This document shows, in pieces, positions 1 to 21,950 of a DNA stretch of 64,000 nucleotides (positions within the stretch are counted from its first letter, which is position 1; each line of letters opens with the position of its first letter). Under the pieces are notes generated by a model. It was given only the letters and a program-made list of their open reading frames with translations, was not told the DNA's origin and did not search any database. A program made the position numbers and the translations under genes. The DNA comes from Scyliorhinus canicula. Lineage: Eukaryota. The stretch lies in NCBI RefSeq assembly GCF_902713615.1, contig NC_052168.1, positions 5,766,001-5,830,000 of the forward strand, given 5' to 3'.

Positions 1-639
1 TTTTAAGAAGCCCTCCTGGTGTGCAGCATATTCAGCCCCTCCACTGCCCATTCCGTTGCTGCATTCTCACACCACTTACTGGTAGTTGACTGAAAATTCA
101 TTATAGACAGTGCAGATCTCAACAATGTTCCTGAAACTAGTTTATAAACATGGATAACTGCAGGAGTGGCATCAATGTTGAATCCACTCCGAGTGCTCTT
201 TCCAAGGACTGTGCAGACTGGATGGGCCGAATGGCCTCCTCTGCACTGTAGGGATTCTTTCTATTTATAGGGGCAAAGGAGACAAATAATGGCCCACTGG
301 GATGAATATTATCGGTTATGAAATGCTTGATGCCCAAACCTAAACAAATACTTATTTTGGAGATGGGTTAGGGGAAATTAATGGAAGGTGTTTGTTAAGT
401 CACATTTATAGGATGTGACTGGTCTTTGGCTGGATCACGGAGGGAGAATTCAGAGGGCAACTCAAGTACATCTTTTAGTACACGTGGGTGGAAAATCCAC
501 ACAGACACTGGGAGATTGTGCAGACGTAGACAGACTTACACCAGGAACCAACCAAGGTCCCTGGTGCTGTGAAGTAACAATGTTAACTACTATGCTAACA
601 TGTCACCCTTTGAAATGGTAGCAGTCGTGGATTTAGAGA

Positions 640-990
640 GCATTGTCTAAGTAATCTTGGTGAGGTACTGCAGTGCATCTTGTAAATGGTACAGATGGCT
701 ACTACTGTGCATCAGTGGAGGAGTGTTTGAATGTTTGTAGAAGGGGGAAGTAACCAAGCAGGCCTGCTTGTCTTGGATGGTGTTGAGCTTCTGAGTGTTG
801 TTGGAGCTGCGCTCATCCAGGCAAGTGGAGAGTATTCCATCACACTCAATTTGTCAGTGAAGCAGCTTTGGGAGGGGGTGAGGATGTGGATTCTCACCTT
901 AGGATTCCTAGCCTTTGAGCTGCTCTGGTAGCCACAGTATTAATGTGGCTAGTCCAGTTTCTGATCAAGTGGTAACCCCCAGGATATTGA
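640..990 (-). mobile_element. Old L2/CR1-group LINE RT fragment (duplicated at ~7350-7690 and ~14040-14410)
   Basis: Translates MEYSPLAWMSAAPTT..LNTIQDK, resembling a non-LTR RT C-terminus; heavily decayed. Confidence 0.6.
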
Positions 991-1362
991 CTGATTCGTA
1001 ATCACACCCTGCTCAGTGCTAAATCATTCAGACCATCAAACTGCACTGAAATATTAAAAAAAACAGTGCTATGTGAACCCATTCATGGTTGAGATGTGGA
1101 GTGTACATGGAAATTAAACCTTCACCATGATCATGAAGAATGATGCTCAGACATCACATAGCTTGTATGTAACTGGGTGCAATATGAACTATGTCAGGAA
1201 ATAAAGGGGATTTCAAGTTTACAAGGAGGCAAAATAGTCATTTATTTACAGTTATGATGCTACAAGACCAGGTCCCGATTGCAACAAGACATGAGAGAAT
1301 TTGGTTTTTGCCTTCAATAATCTGGTTCCACCAAACAGAACAAGATTGTTCCCACTGTCAGT

Positions 1363-4220
<2,858 letters not shown>

Positions 4221-4258
4221 CCTCACTATTATTACTCACTGTCACCAAAATGTTGTAG

Positions 4259-4500
4259 AACTGACCCTTCCCACCACAAGCTCTTGTATTTATACAACTG
4301 GGACATCCTGCATTCAGACTGGGAATGACATCACCAATGATGATTGACAATTCCTGATAGCCAATCAGGAACCGGCCATTCCAGGCACCAATTAACCAAT
4401 GAGAGGTTTGGGGGGGGGGGGGGGGGGGCGAGACCCACAGCCAATCAGAGTTTTGGAATCCGGACCAGGTTGGAAGATTCATCTCGATGATGTCACTGCT
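4259..4500 (-). promoter_or_regulatory. Core promoter of copy 1 (Inr, TATA, TGACATCA, five CCAAT boxes)
   Basis: Initiator TCAGTT 4259-4264; TATAAA 4289-4294; TGACATCA 4326-4333; CCAAT at 4334, 4361, 4388, 4396, 4441; second TGATGTCA near 4488. Conserved upstream of all intact copies. Confidence 0.85.
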
Positions 4501-4817
4501 TTTACTTTCCTTGACCTTCTTCAGATGTGAAAATGTCTCGTTGTTGAACTCTCCCATTTTAACTCAATGATAATTGGTTCCTTTTGCTGAAGTGGGTTTT
4601 CATAACCTGGACAAGTTTGTTACTGGCCAGGAGCAGTGAAGCTGATACAATATTCAAACAATCAGGTCACCTTGAGGGAATTTCCTAACCAACCACTGGA
4701 CAGGGAAATGGAATTGTGGGAATGGGAGGGGGGAACATCACTGAATCCAATGTCATCCACGGACACGTCTCCATTTACTGTGTTTGGGGACAGGCTGGAA
4801 GGAGCAGCTATTCCTGC

Positions 4818-6219
4818 TCGTATAATCCAGGGAACTACAGGCCGATGAGCCTTACATAAGTGGTAGGGAAATTACTGGAGAGAATTCTTCGAGACAGGAT
4901 CTACTCCCAGGAGATGGACGTTTTAGTGAGAGGCAGCACGGTTTTGTGAAGGGGAGGTCGTGTCTCACTAACTTGATAGAGTTTTTCGAAGCGGTCACAA
5001 AGATGATTAATGCAGGTAGTGCAGTGGATGTTGTCTATATGGACTTCAGTAAGGCCTTTGACAAGGTCCCTCATGGCAGACCTGTTCAAAAGGTGAAGTC
5101 ACACGGGATCAGGGGTGAGCTGGCAAGATGGATACAGAACTGGCTCGGTCATAGATGGCAGTGAGTAGCAATGGAAGGGTGCTTTTCTGATTGGAGGGCT
5201 GTGACTAGTGATGGCCGGCAGGGATCAGTGCTGGGACCTTTGCTGTTCGTAGTATATTTCAATGATTCGGAGGAAAATGTAACTGGTCTGATTAGTAAGT
5301 TTGCAGACGACACAAAGATTGGTGGAATTGCGGATAGCGATGAGGACTGTCAGAGGATACAGCAGGATTTAGATCTTTTGGAGACTTGGGCGGAGAGGTG
5401 GCAGATGGAGTTTAATCCGGACAAATGTGAGGTCATGCATTTTGGAAGGTCTAATGCAGGTAGGAAATATACAATGAATGGTAGAACCCTCAAGAGTATT
5501 GACAGTCAGAGCGATCTTGGTGTACAGGTCTACAGGTCACTGAAAGGGGCAACACAGGTGGAGAAGGTAGTCAAGAAGGCATACGGCATGCTTGCCTTTA
5601 TTGGCCAGGGCATTGAGTATAAGAATTAGCAAATCATGTTGCAGCTGTATAGAACCTTAGTTAGGCCACACTTGGAGTACAGTGTTCAATTCTGGTCGCC
5701 ACACTACCAGAAAGATGTGGAGGCTTTAGAGAGGGTGCAGAAGAGATTTACCAGGATGTTGCCTGGTATGGAGGGCATTAGCTATGAGGAGCGGTTGAAT
5801 GAACTCGGTATGTTCTCACTGGAACGACGAAGGTTGAGGGGCGACCTGATAGAGGTCTACAAAATTATGAGGGGCATAGACAGAGTGGATAGTCAGAGGC
5901 TTTTTCCCAGGGCAGAGGGGTAAATTACTAGAGGGCATAGGTTTAAGGTGCGAGGGGCAAGGTTTAGAGGAGATGTATGAGGCAAGTTTTTTTACACAGA
6001 GGGTAGTGGGTGCCTGGAACTCACTGCCGGAGGAGGTGGTGGAAGCAGGGACGATAGTGACATTTAAGGGACATCTTGACAAATACATGAATAGGATGGG
6101 AATAGAGGGATACGCACCCCGGAAGTGAGAACATTTTAGTTTAGACGGGCAGCATGGTAGGCACAGGCTTGGAGGGCTGAAGGGCCTGTTCCTGTGCTGT
6201 ACTTTTCTTTTTTCTTTGT
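4818..6219 (+). mobile_element. 5'-truncated CR1-type LINE (dead RT)
   Basis: GRSCLTNL, VDVVYMDFSKAFDKVPH, QGSVLGPLLF, SKFADDTK, RPHLEYSVQFWSP, RRLRGDLIEVYK; internal stops; 3' tail shared with SINEs. Confidence 0.95.
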
Positions 6220-8064
6220 CAATGTTGTGTGTTAGATGATTCCTTTTATGGTCAACTTTCATTGTGGCTGAAGCCTCTCGGGAGAGATGTCACCGATGGG
6301 CACAGTTGACCCACCCGAAGAGAAAGTGTATCCGGGTATTTACACCGATTCTGGTGAGAAAGGATCCGAGATGCAGCGACTGTCCTGTGGTCACAAAGGG
6401 CTTTGTCCAAACTGAGGGACATCACATGGTCACTCAAATGGCCATCCAAGTGGACACAAGAGACTTTGCTGAAGGTCTGGGTTACTGATGCTGAGGGAAC
6501 TACTGATTGATCCTTTCCACAGGAAACTCTTTATATTCAATATCACAACCTGTAGGGAGTGGGGATGGTGATGGGGATGAGAAGCTCAGAGTGGTGCAGA
6601 GAATAAAAACACTGAAAGTGACCAGAAATTGTGAGTGACGCTGAGACAGGAACATGGAATGACTGAAACACCATGGTTTCCTCGAATTCCCTTTATTATT
6701 GTGTTGTGGCTTCACACATCCTCAATTTTAAGAAGCCCTCCTGGTGTGCAGCATATTCAGCCCCTCCACTGCCCATTCCATTGCTGCATTCTCACACCGC
6801 TTACTGGTAGTTGACTGAAAATTCATTATAGTCAGTGCAGATCTCAACAAGGTTCCTGAAACTAGTTTATAAACATGGATAACTGCAGGAGTGGCATCAA
6901 TGTTGAATCCACTCCGAGTGCTCTTTCCAAGGACTATGTGGACTGGATGGGCCATTCGCCTCATCTGCATTGTAGGGATTCTGAGATTCTATTTATAGGG
7001 GCAAAGGAGACAAATAATGGTCCACTGGGCTGAATATTATCGGTTATGAAATGCTTGATGCCCAAACCTAAACAAATACTTATTTTGGAGATGGGTTAGG
7101 GGAAATTAATGGAAGGTGTTTGTTAAGTCACATTTATAGGATGTGACTGGCCTTTGGCTGGATCACGGAGGGAGAATTCAGAGGGTAACTTAACAAGTAC
7201 ATCTTTTAGGACACGTGGGTGGAAAATCCACACAGACACTGGAAGATCATGCAGACTTACACCAGGAACCAACCAGGGTCCCTGGTGCTGTGAAGTAACA
7301 ATGTTAACAACTGTGCGAACATGTCACCCTTCGAAATGGTAGCAGTCGTGGGTTTAGAGAGCATTGTCTAAGTAATCTTGGTGAGGTACTGCAGTGCATC
7401 TTGTAAATGGTACAGATGGCTACTACTGTGCATCAGTGGAGGAGTGCTGGAATGGGGAGCAACCAAGCTGGCCTGCTTGTCCTGGATGGTGTTGAGCTTC
7501 TGAGTTGTTGGAGCTGCGCTCATCCAGGCAAGTGGAGAGTATTCCATCACACTCACGATTTAATGGTGAAGTAGCTTTGTGAGGAGGTGGAGTTCTCACC
7601 ATCGGATTCCTAGCCTTTGAGCTGCTGTGGTAGCCACAGTACTAATGTGGCTAGTCCAGTTTCTGATCAATGGTAACCCCCAGGATATTGATTGATAACA
7701 AATTAAACCCTGATCAGTGCTAATTTGTTAAGAACATCAAACAGCACTGAAATGTTAAAAAGCAGTGCTCTGTGAACCCATTTATGGTTGAAATGTGGGG
7801 TGTACATGGAAATTAAACCTTCACCATGATCATGAAGAATGATGCTCAGACATTACATAGCTTGTATGTAACTGTGTGCAATATGAACTATGTCAGGAAA
7901 TAAAGGGAATTTCAAGTTTACAAAGAGGCAAAATAGTCATTTATTTACAATTATAATGATGCTACAAGACCAGGTCACGATTGTGACAAGACATGAGAGA
8001 ATTTGGTTTTTGCCTTCAATAATCTGGTTCCACCAAACAGAAGAAGATTGTTCCCACTGTCAGT

Positions 8065-10956
<2,892 letters not shown>

Positions 10957-10994
10957 CCTCACTATTATTACTCACTGTCACCAAAATGTTGTAG

Positions 10995-11230
10995 AACTGA
11001 CCCTTCCCACCACAAGCTCTTGTATTTATACAACTGGGACATCCTGCATTCAGACTGGGAATGACATCACCAATGATGATTGACAATTCCTGATAGCCAA
11101 TCAGGAACCGGCCATTCCAGGCACCAATTAACCAATGAGAGGTTTGGGGGGGGGGGGCGAGACCCACAGCCAATCAGAGTTTTGGAATCCGGACCAGGTT
11201 GGAAGATTCATCTCGATGATGTCACTGCTT
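10995..11230 (-). promoter_or_regulatory. Core promoter of copy 2
   Basis: Identical by eye to the copy 1 promoter except poly-G length; TATAAA 11025-11030. Confidence 0.85.
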
Positions 11231-11546
11231 TTACTTTCCTTGACCTTCTTCAGATGTGAAAATGTCTCGTTGTTGAACTCTCCCATTTTAACTCAATGAT
11301 AATTGGTTCCTTTTGCTGAAGTGGGTTTTCATAACCTGGACAAGTTTGTTACTGGCCAGGAGCAGTGAAGCTGATACAATATTCAAACAATCAGGTCACC
11401 TTGAGGGAATTTCCTAACCAACCACTGGACAGGGAAATGGAATTGTGGGAATGGGAGGGGGGAACATCACTGAATCCAATGTCATCCACGGACACGTCTC
11501 CATTTACTGTGTTTGGGGACAGGCTGGAAGGAGCAGCTATTCCTGC

Positions 11547-12949
11547 TCGTATAATCCAGGGAACTACAGGCCGATGAGCCTTACATAAGTGGTAGGGAAA
11601 TTACTGGAGAGAATTCTTCGAGACAGGATCTACCCCCATTTGGAAGCAAATGGACGTTTTAGCGAGAGGCAGCATGATTTGTGAAGGGGAGGTCGTGTCT
11701 CACTAACTTGATAGTTTTTCGAAGCGGTCACAAAGATGATTGATGTAGGTAGCGCAGTGGATGTTTTCTATATGGACTTCAGTAAGGCCTTTGACAAGGT
11801 CCCTCATGGCAGACTTGCAAAAAAGGTGAAGTCACTCGGGATCAGGGGTGAGCTGACAAGATGGATACAGAACTGGCTAGGTCACAGATGGCAGTGAGTA
11901 GCAATAGAAGGGTGCTTTTCTGATTGGAGGGCTGTGACTAGTGATGGCTGGCAGGGATCAGTGCTGGGACCTTTGCTGTTTGTAGTATATTTCAATGATT
12001 CAGAGGAAAATGTAACTGGTCTGATTAGTAAGTTTGCAGACGACACAAAGGTTGGTGGAATTGCGGATAGCGATGAGGACTGTCCAAGGATACAGCAGGA
12101 TTTAGATCGTTTGGAGACTTGGGCGGAGAGATGGCAGATGGAGTTTAATATGGACAAATGTGAGGTGATGCATTTTGGAAGGTCTAATGCAGGTAGGGAA
12201 TATACAGTGAATGGTAGAACCCTCAAGAGTATTGACAGTCAGAGAGATCTTGGTGTGCAGGTCCACAGGTCACTGAAAGGGGCAACACAGGTGGAGAAGG
12301 TAGTCAAGAAGGCATATGGCATGCTTGCCTTCATGGGCCAGGGCATTGAGTATAAGAATTAGCAAGTCATGTTGCAGCTGTATAGAACCTTAGTTAGGCC
12401 ACACCTGGAGTACAGTGTTCAATTCTGGTCGCCACACTACCAGAAATATGTGGAGGCTTTAGAGAGGGTGCAGAAGAGATTTACCAGGATGTTGCCTGGT
12501 ATGGAGGGTATTAGCTATGAGGAGCAGTTGAATAAACTCGGTACATTCTCACTGTAACGACGGAGGTTGAGGAGCGACCTGATAGAGGTCTACAAAATTA
12601 TGAGGGGCATAGACAGAGTGGATAGTCAGAGGCTTTTGCCCAGGGTAGAGGGGTCAATTACTAGGGGGCATAGGTTTAAGGTGCGAGGGGCAAGGTTTCG
12701 AGATGTACAAGACAAGTGTTTTTACACAGAGGGTAGTGGGTGCCTGGAACTCGCTGCCGGAGGAGGTGGTGGAAGCAGGGTCGATAGTGACATTTAAGGG
12801 GCATGTTGACAAATACATGAGTTGGATGGGAATTGAGGGATACGGACCCCGGAAGTGAGAATATTTTAGTTTGGACGGGCAGCATGGTCAGCGCAGGCTT
12901 GGAGGGCTGAAGGGCCTGTTCCTGTGCTGTATTTCTCTTTGTTCTTTGT
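11547..12949 (+). mobile_element. CR1-type LINE, duplicate of 4818-6219
   Basis: Same 5' junction and same premature stop (EYKN*) as the first copy. Confidence 0.95.
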
Positions 12950-14727
12950 CAATGTCGTGTGTTAGATGAGTCCTTTTATGGTCAACTTTCAATGTGGCTG
13001 AAGCCTCTCGGGAGAGATATCACTGATGGGCACAGTTGACCCACCCGAAGAGAAAGTGTATCCGGGTATTTACACCGATTCTGGTGAAAAAGGATCCGAG
13101 ATGCAGCGACTGTCCTGTGGTCACAAAGGGCTTTGTCCAAACTGAGGGACATCACATGGTCACTCAAATGGCCATCCAGGTGGGCACGAGACTTTGCTGA
13201 AGGTCTGGGTCACTGATGCTGAGGGAACTGCTGATTGATCCTTTCCACAGGAAACTCTTTATTCAATATCACAACCTGTAGGGAGTGGGGATGGTGATGG
13301 GGATGAGAAGCTCAGAGTGGTGCAGAGAATAACAAACACTGACAGTGATTATAAATTGTGAGTGATGCTGAGACAGGAACATGGAATGACTGAAACACCA
13401 TGGTTTCCTCGAATTCCCTTTATTATTGTGTTGTGGCTTCACACATCCTCAACTTAAAGAAGCCCTCCTGGTGTGCAGCATTTTTGACCCTGCTGTTGCT
13501 GCATTGTCACACAGCTTACTGGTAGTTGACTGAAAATTCATTATAGTCAGTGCTGAAATTAAGTTAACTATGGATAATTGCATTCGTACCATCAATATTT
13601 AATCTACTCAAATATAAGTGCTCTTTCCCAGGACTGGTGCAGACTTGATGGGCTGAATGGCCTCCTTCTGCACACTGTAGGGATTCTATTTATCGGGACA
13701 AAGGAGACAAATGGTGGTCCATTGGGATGAATGTTAATCTGCTACAAAATGCTTTATGCCCAAACCCAAGCAAATACTTATTTTGCAGATGCGTTAGGGG
13801 AAATTAATGGAAGGTGTTTGTTAAGTCACATTTATAGGATGAGTGGCCTTTGGTTGGATCACTGAGGGAGAATTCAGAGGGTCACTTAACAAGTACATCT
13901 TTTGGAACTGGTGTGTGAAAATCCACAGACACTGGGAGATCATGCAGACTCACAGATATATGGCAGGATCCCAGGCACTGAAGTAACAATGTGAACCACT
14001 GTGCTACCACACCAACCTTTCAATATGGTAGTGGTCATGGGTGTTGTCTAAGTAACCAAGTAACCTTGGTGATTGACTGCAGTGTATTTTATAGATGACA
14101 CACATAGCTGCCACTGTTAATCAGCTGCCACTGTTAATCAGTGCAGGAGTGTTGGAGAGTTTGTGAAAGGGGGAGTAAGCAAGTGTGTTGCTGTGTCCTG
14201 GATGGTGTGGAGCTTTTTCCAGAGTTGTTTGAGCTGCATTCATCCAGGCAAGTGGAGAGTGTTCCATCACACCCGAGACTTAGCACCACCTTTGTGAGGG
14301 GGCAAGGAACTGGGGTTCGTCACCATCTTGACCTTTGACTTGCCCTGGTAGCCACAGTATTAATGTGGCTAGTCCAGTTTCTGATCAATGGTACCCCCAG
14401 GATATTGATTTCTGCTCAGAACATTAAACAGCATTATGAAATATTAAATAAAGTGCTATGTGAACCAAATCATGGTTCTGGCTGAGATGTGGTGTACATG
14501 GAAATTAGACCTTCCATGAGCATGATACTCAGACATTACATCTGTGTAACTGGGTCCAATATGAACTATATCTGGAAATAAAGGGAATTTCAAAGAGGCA
14601 AAATAGTCATTTATTTACAATTATAATCATGTTACAAGACCAGGTCACAATTGTCAGACAGAATTTGTTTTTTTCCCTTTAACAATCTGGTTCCACCAAA
14701 CAGAAGAAGATTGTTCCCACTGTCAGT

Positions 14728-19234
<4,507 letters not shown>

Positions 19235-19273
19235 TCTCACTTTGCCTGTTCACAATCACCTAGACTGTTTTAG

Positions 19274-19480
19274 AACTGACCCTTCCTAACACAAGCCTTT
19301 GTATTTATACAATTGGGACATCCTGCATTCAAACCAATGATGATTGACAATCCCTGATAGCCAATCAGGAATCTGCCAGGAACCAGCATCAATTAACAAA
19401 GGGGGGGGGGGGGGGGGGGGGGGTGAGACCCAGAGCCAATCAGAGTTTTGGAATCCAGACCTGGTCGATGATGTCACTGC
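19274..19480 (-). promoter_or_regulatory. Core promoter of copy 3 (proximal TGACATCA deleted)
   Basis: TATAAA 19304-19309; Inr and CCAAT boxes retained; ~15-bp deletion removes the proximal TGACATCA. Confidence 0.8.
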
Positions 19481-19790
19481 TTTTACTTTCCTTGACCTTT
19501 TGCAGATGTGAAAATGCCTCGTTGTTGAACTCCCCCATTTTAACTCAATGATAATTGGTTCCTTTTGCTGGAGTGGGTTTTCATAACCTGGACAAGTTTG
19601 TTACTGGCCAGGAGCAGTGACCTTTTATAGGGTCGCACTACTCTAATTTTTATGTGTTTTGGTTTTCTTTTTTATTATTTTAGTTTTTTTCGTGTGTGTT
19701 TTTTCTCGTGGATTTTATGACCTGCATGCTTATCTCCACGTGCAGGATTAGGCCAGCATCCGCCATTGACACAATGCCGGGTGTGATAAT

Positions 19791-20137
19791 ATAGAACATA
19801 GAACAGTACAGCACAGAACAGGCCCTTCGGCCCTCGATGTTGTGCCGAGCAATGATCACCCTACTCAAACCCACGTATCCACCCTATACCCGTAACCCAA
19901 CAACCCCCCCCCCCCAACCTTACTTTTTTAGGACACTAAGGGCAATTTAGCATGGCCAATCCACCTAACCCGCACATCTTTGGACTGTGGGAGGAAACCG
20001 GAGCACCCGGAGGAAACCCACGCACACACGGGGAGGACGTGCAGACTCCGCACAGACAGTGACCCAGCTGGGAACCGAACCGGGGACCCTGGAGCTGTGA
20101 AGCATTTATGCTAACCACCATGCTACCGTGCTGCCCC
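19791..20137 (-). mobile_element. V-SINE (HE1-like) nested in the Tx1 3' region
   Basis: Near-identical to 18226-18578. Confidence 0.9.
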
Positions 20138-21125
20138 AACCAAGCAAAGGAACATAAAGTAACTGATGGATAAAACAAAACAGCGAGTGGACAACAGCCC
20201 AAAAAGAACGAGAAAGGAAACAAAAACTTATCAAAAACCCGTCAAATTAAAGTGTGAAAATCGGGTTCCATGAGGCAATCCAACCCCTGCAGTGCCCACC
20301 GAGCACGGAAGGCTTCGAGTGTGCCCGTGGACACCGCATGCTCCCTCTCCAGGGACAACCGGCCGTGAACGAGGCCGCGGAAGGTGGGCAGACTGTCAGG
20401 CTGGACGATCCCCTTGGTCGCCCGCTGCCTGGACCAATAAATGGCAAGTTTGGCCGAGCCCAGGAGCAGGTTCACGAGGAGGTCCTCCGCCTTCCCCACC
20501 CCTCTCCGCACCGGATGTCTGTAGTTCAGGAGCGTGGGGCTGAAGTGCAAACAAAACCTCAACAACAACGTCGTCAAGAAATCAAAGAGGGAGTGCAGCC
20601 CAGGACAGACAACATAAACCTGCTCCACGGTCTCCACCGGGCCGTAAAAGAGGCAGGTCTCTGGGGAGGCCGCGAAGTGATAAACTCTGTGATTGGACGG
20701 TACTGCCATGCGCAGCACCCTCCACACCAGGTCCCCTAGTTTTATGGGGAGGACACCTCCGTAGAGGGGCCCACAGCAGGGACCTCCTCCGCCGCACGGC
20801 AGCGAGACATGCCAAGGCGTGTCCGGGCGGCGGGCAAGGGCAAGGAGGTGGAAGGTGTGCAACAGCAGGCCGTACAGGAAACCACTCCGTGCAGTGCGAA
20901 AAGGCACGAAGGGTATTTCCGCGAGGCTGCTGGGGCTGTGGGGCACCAGCACCTGGGGTGGGTTCCGGGGTTTGGGACCAATGTGGAGTTCCGTCCGAGC
21001 AGGGGTCCGCTCAGACGGGATGCCACCGCACAACCCCACCGTCCCGAGCCCGTGTGCCCACGGGGCCGCGCACCGGACAGACACGGCTCCGCGCCTGGCA
21101 AGCTCGTAGGGTGTCATCCAGCCTG

Positions 21126-21950
21126 CTCCTCCGCCACCCAGCACGTCCCCGATCCTGGTCACCCCAGCATCCACAGCCCGCTCCTCTGCCACCCAGCACG
21201 TCCCCGATCCAGGTCACCCCAGCATCCACAGCCCGCCCCTCCGCCACCCAGCACGTCCCCGATCCTGGTCACCCCAGCATCCACAGCCCGCCCCTCCGCC
21301 ACCCAGCACGTCCCCGATCCTGGTCACCCCAGCATCCACAGCCCGCCCCTCCGCCACCCAGCACGTCCCCGATCCTGGTCACCCCAGCATCCACAGCCCG
21401 CCCCTCCGCCACCCAGCACGTCCCCGATCCAGGTCACCCCAGCATCCACAGCCCGCCCCTCCGCCACCCAGCACGTACCCGATCCAGGTCACCCCAGCAT
21501 CCACAGCCCGCCCCTCCGCCACCCAGCACGTCCCCGATCCTGGTCACCCCAGCATCCACAGCCCGCCCCTCCGCCACCCAGCACGTACCCGATCCAGGTC
21601 ACCCCAGCATCCAAAGCCCGCCCCTCCGCCACCCAGCACGTCCCCGATCCTGGTCACCCCAGCATCCACAGCCCGCTCCTCCGCCACCCAGCACGTCCTC
21701 GATCCAGGTCACCCCAGCATCCACAGCCCGCCCCTCCGCCACCCAGCACGTCCCCGATCCTGGTCACCCCAGCATCCACAGCCCGCCCCTCCGCCACCCA
21801 GCACGTCCCCGATCCAGGTCACCCCAGCATCCACAGCCCGCTCCTCCGCCAGCCAGCACGTCCCCGATCCTGGTCACCCCAGCATCCACAGCCCGCCCCT
21901 CCGCCACCCAGCACGTCCCCGATCCTGGTCACCCCAGCATCCACAGCCCG
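21126..21950. repeat. 55-bp GC-rich minisatellite, 15 copies
   Basis: GATCC(T/A)GGTC recurs every 55 bp from 21151 to 21921; unit CCTCCGCCACCCAGCACGTCCCCGATCCTGGTCACCCCAGCATCCACAGCCCGCY. Confidence 0.97.

Noticed and set aside
1345-1362. CAGTGG just after the stop codon as a 3' IRE
   Set aside because: No complementary stem or C bulge.
4230-4250. CAGTGA in the 5'UTR of copies 1/2 (and AAGAACAGTGAAG in copies 8/9) as an IRE loop
   Set aside because: Flanking pentamers cannot pair (GGTGA/GTAAT; AAGAA/AGATG), so there is no IRE stem.
4946-5923. Functional reverse transcriptase gene
   Set aside because: 5'-truncated CR1 with several in-frame stops.
21126-21950. CRISPR-like array
   Set aside because: Head-to-tail identical units with no unique spacers, in vertebrate DNA.
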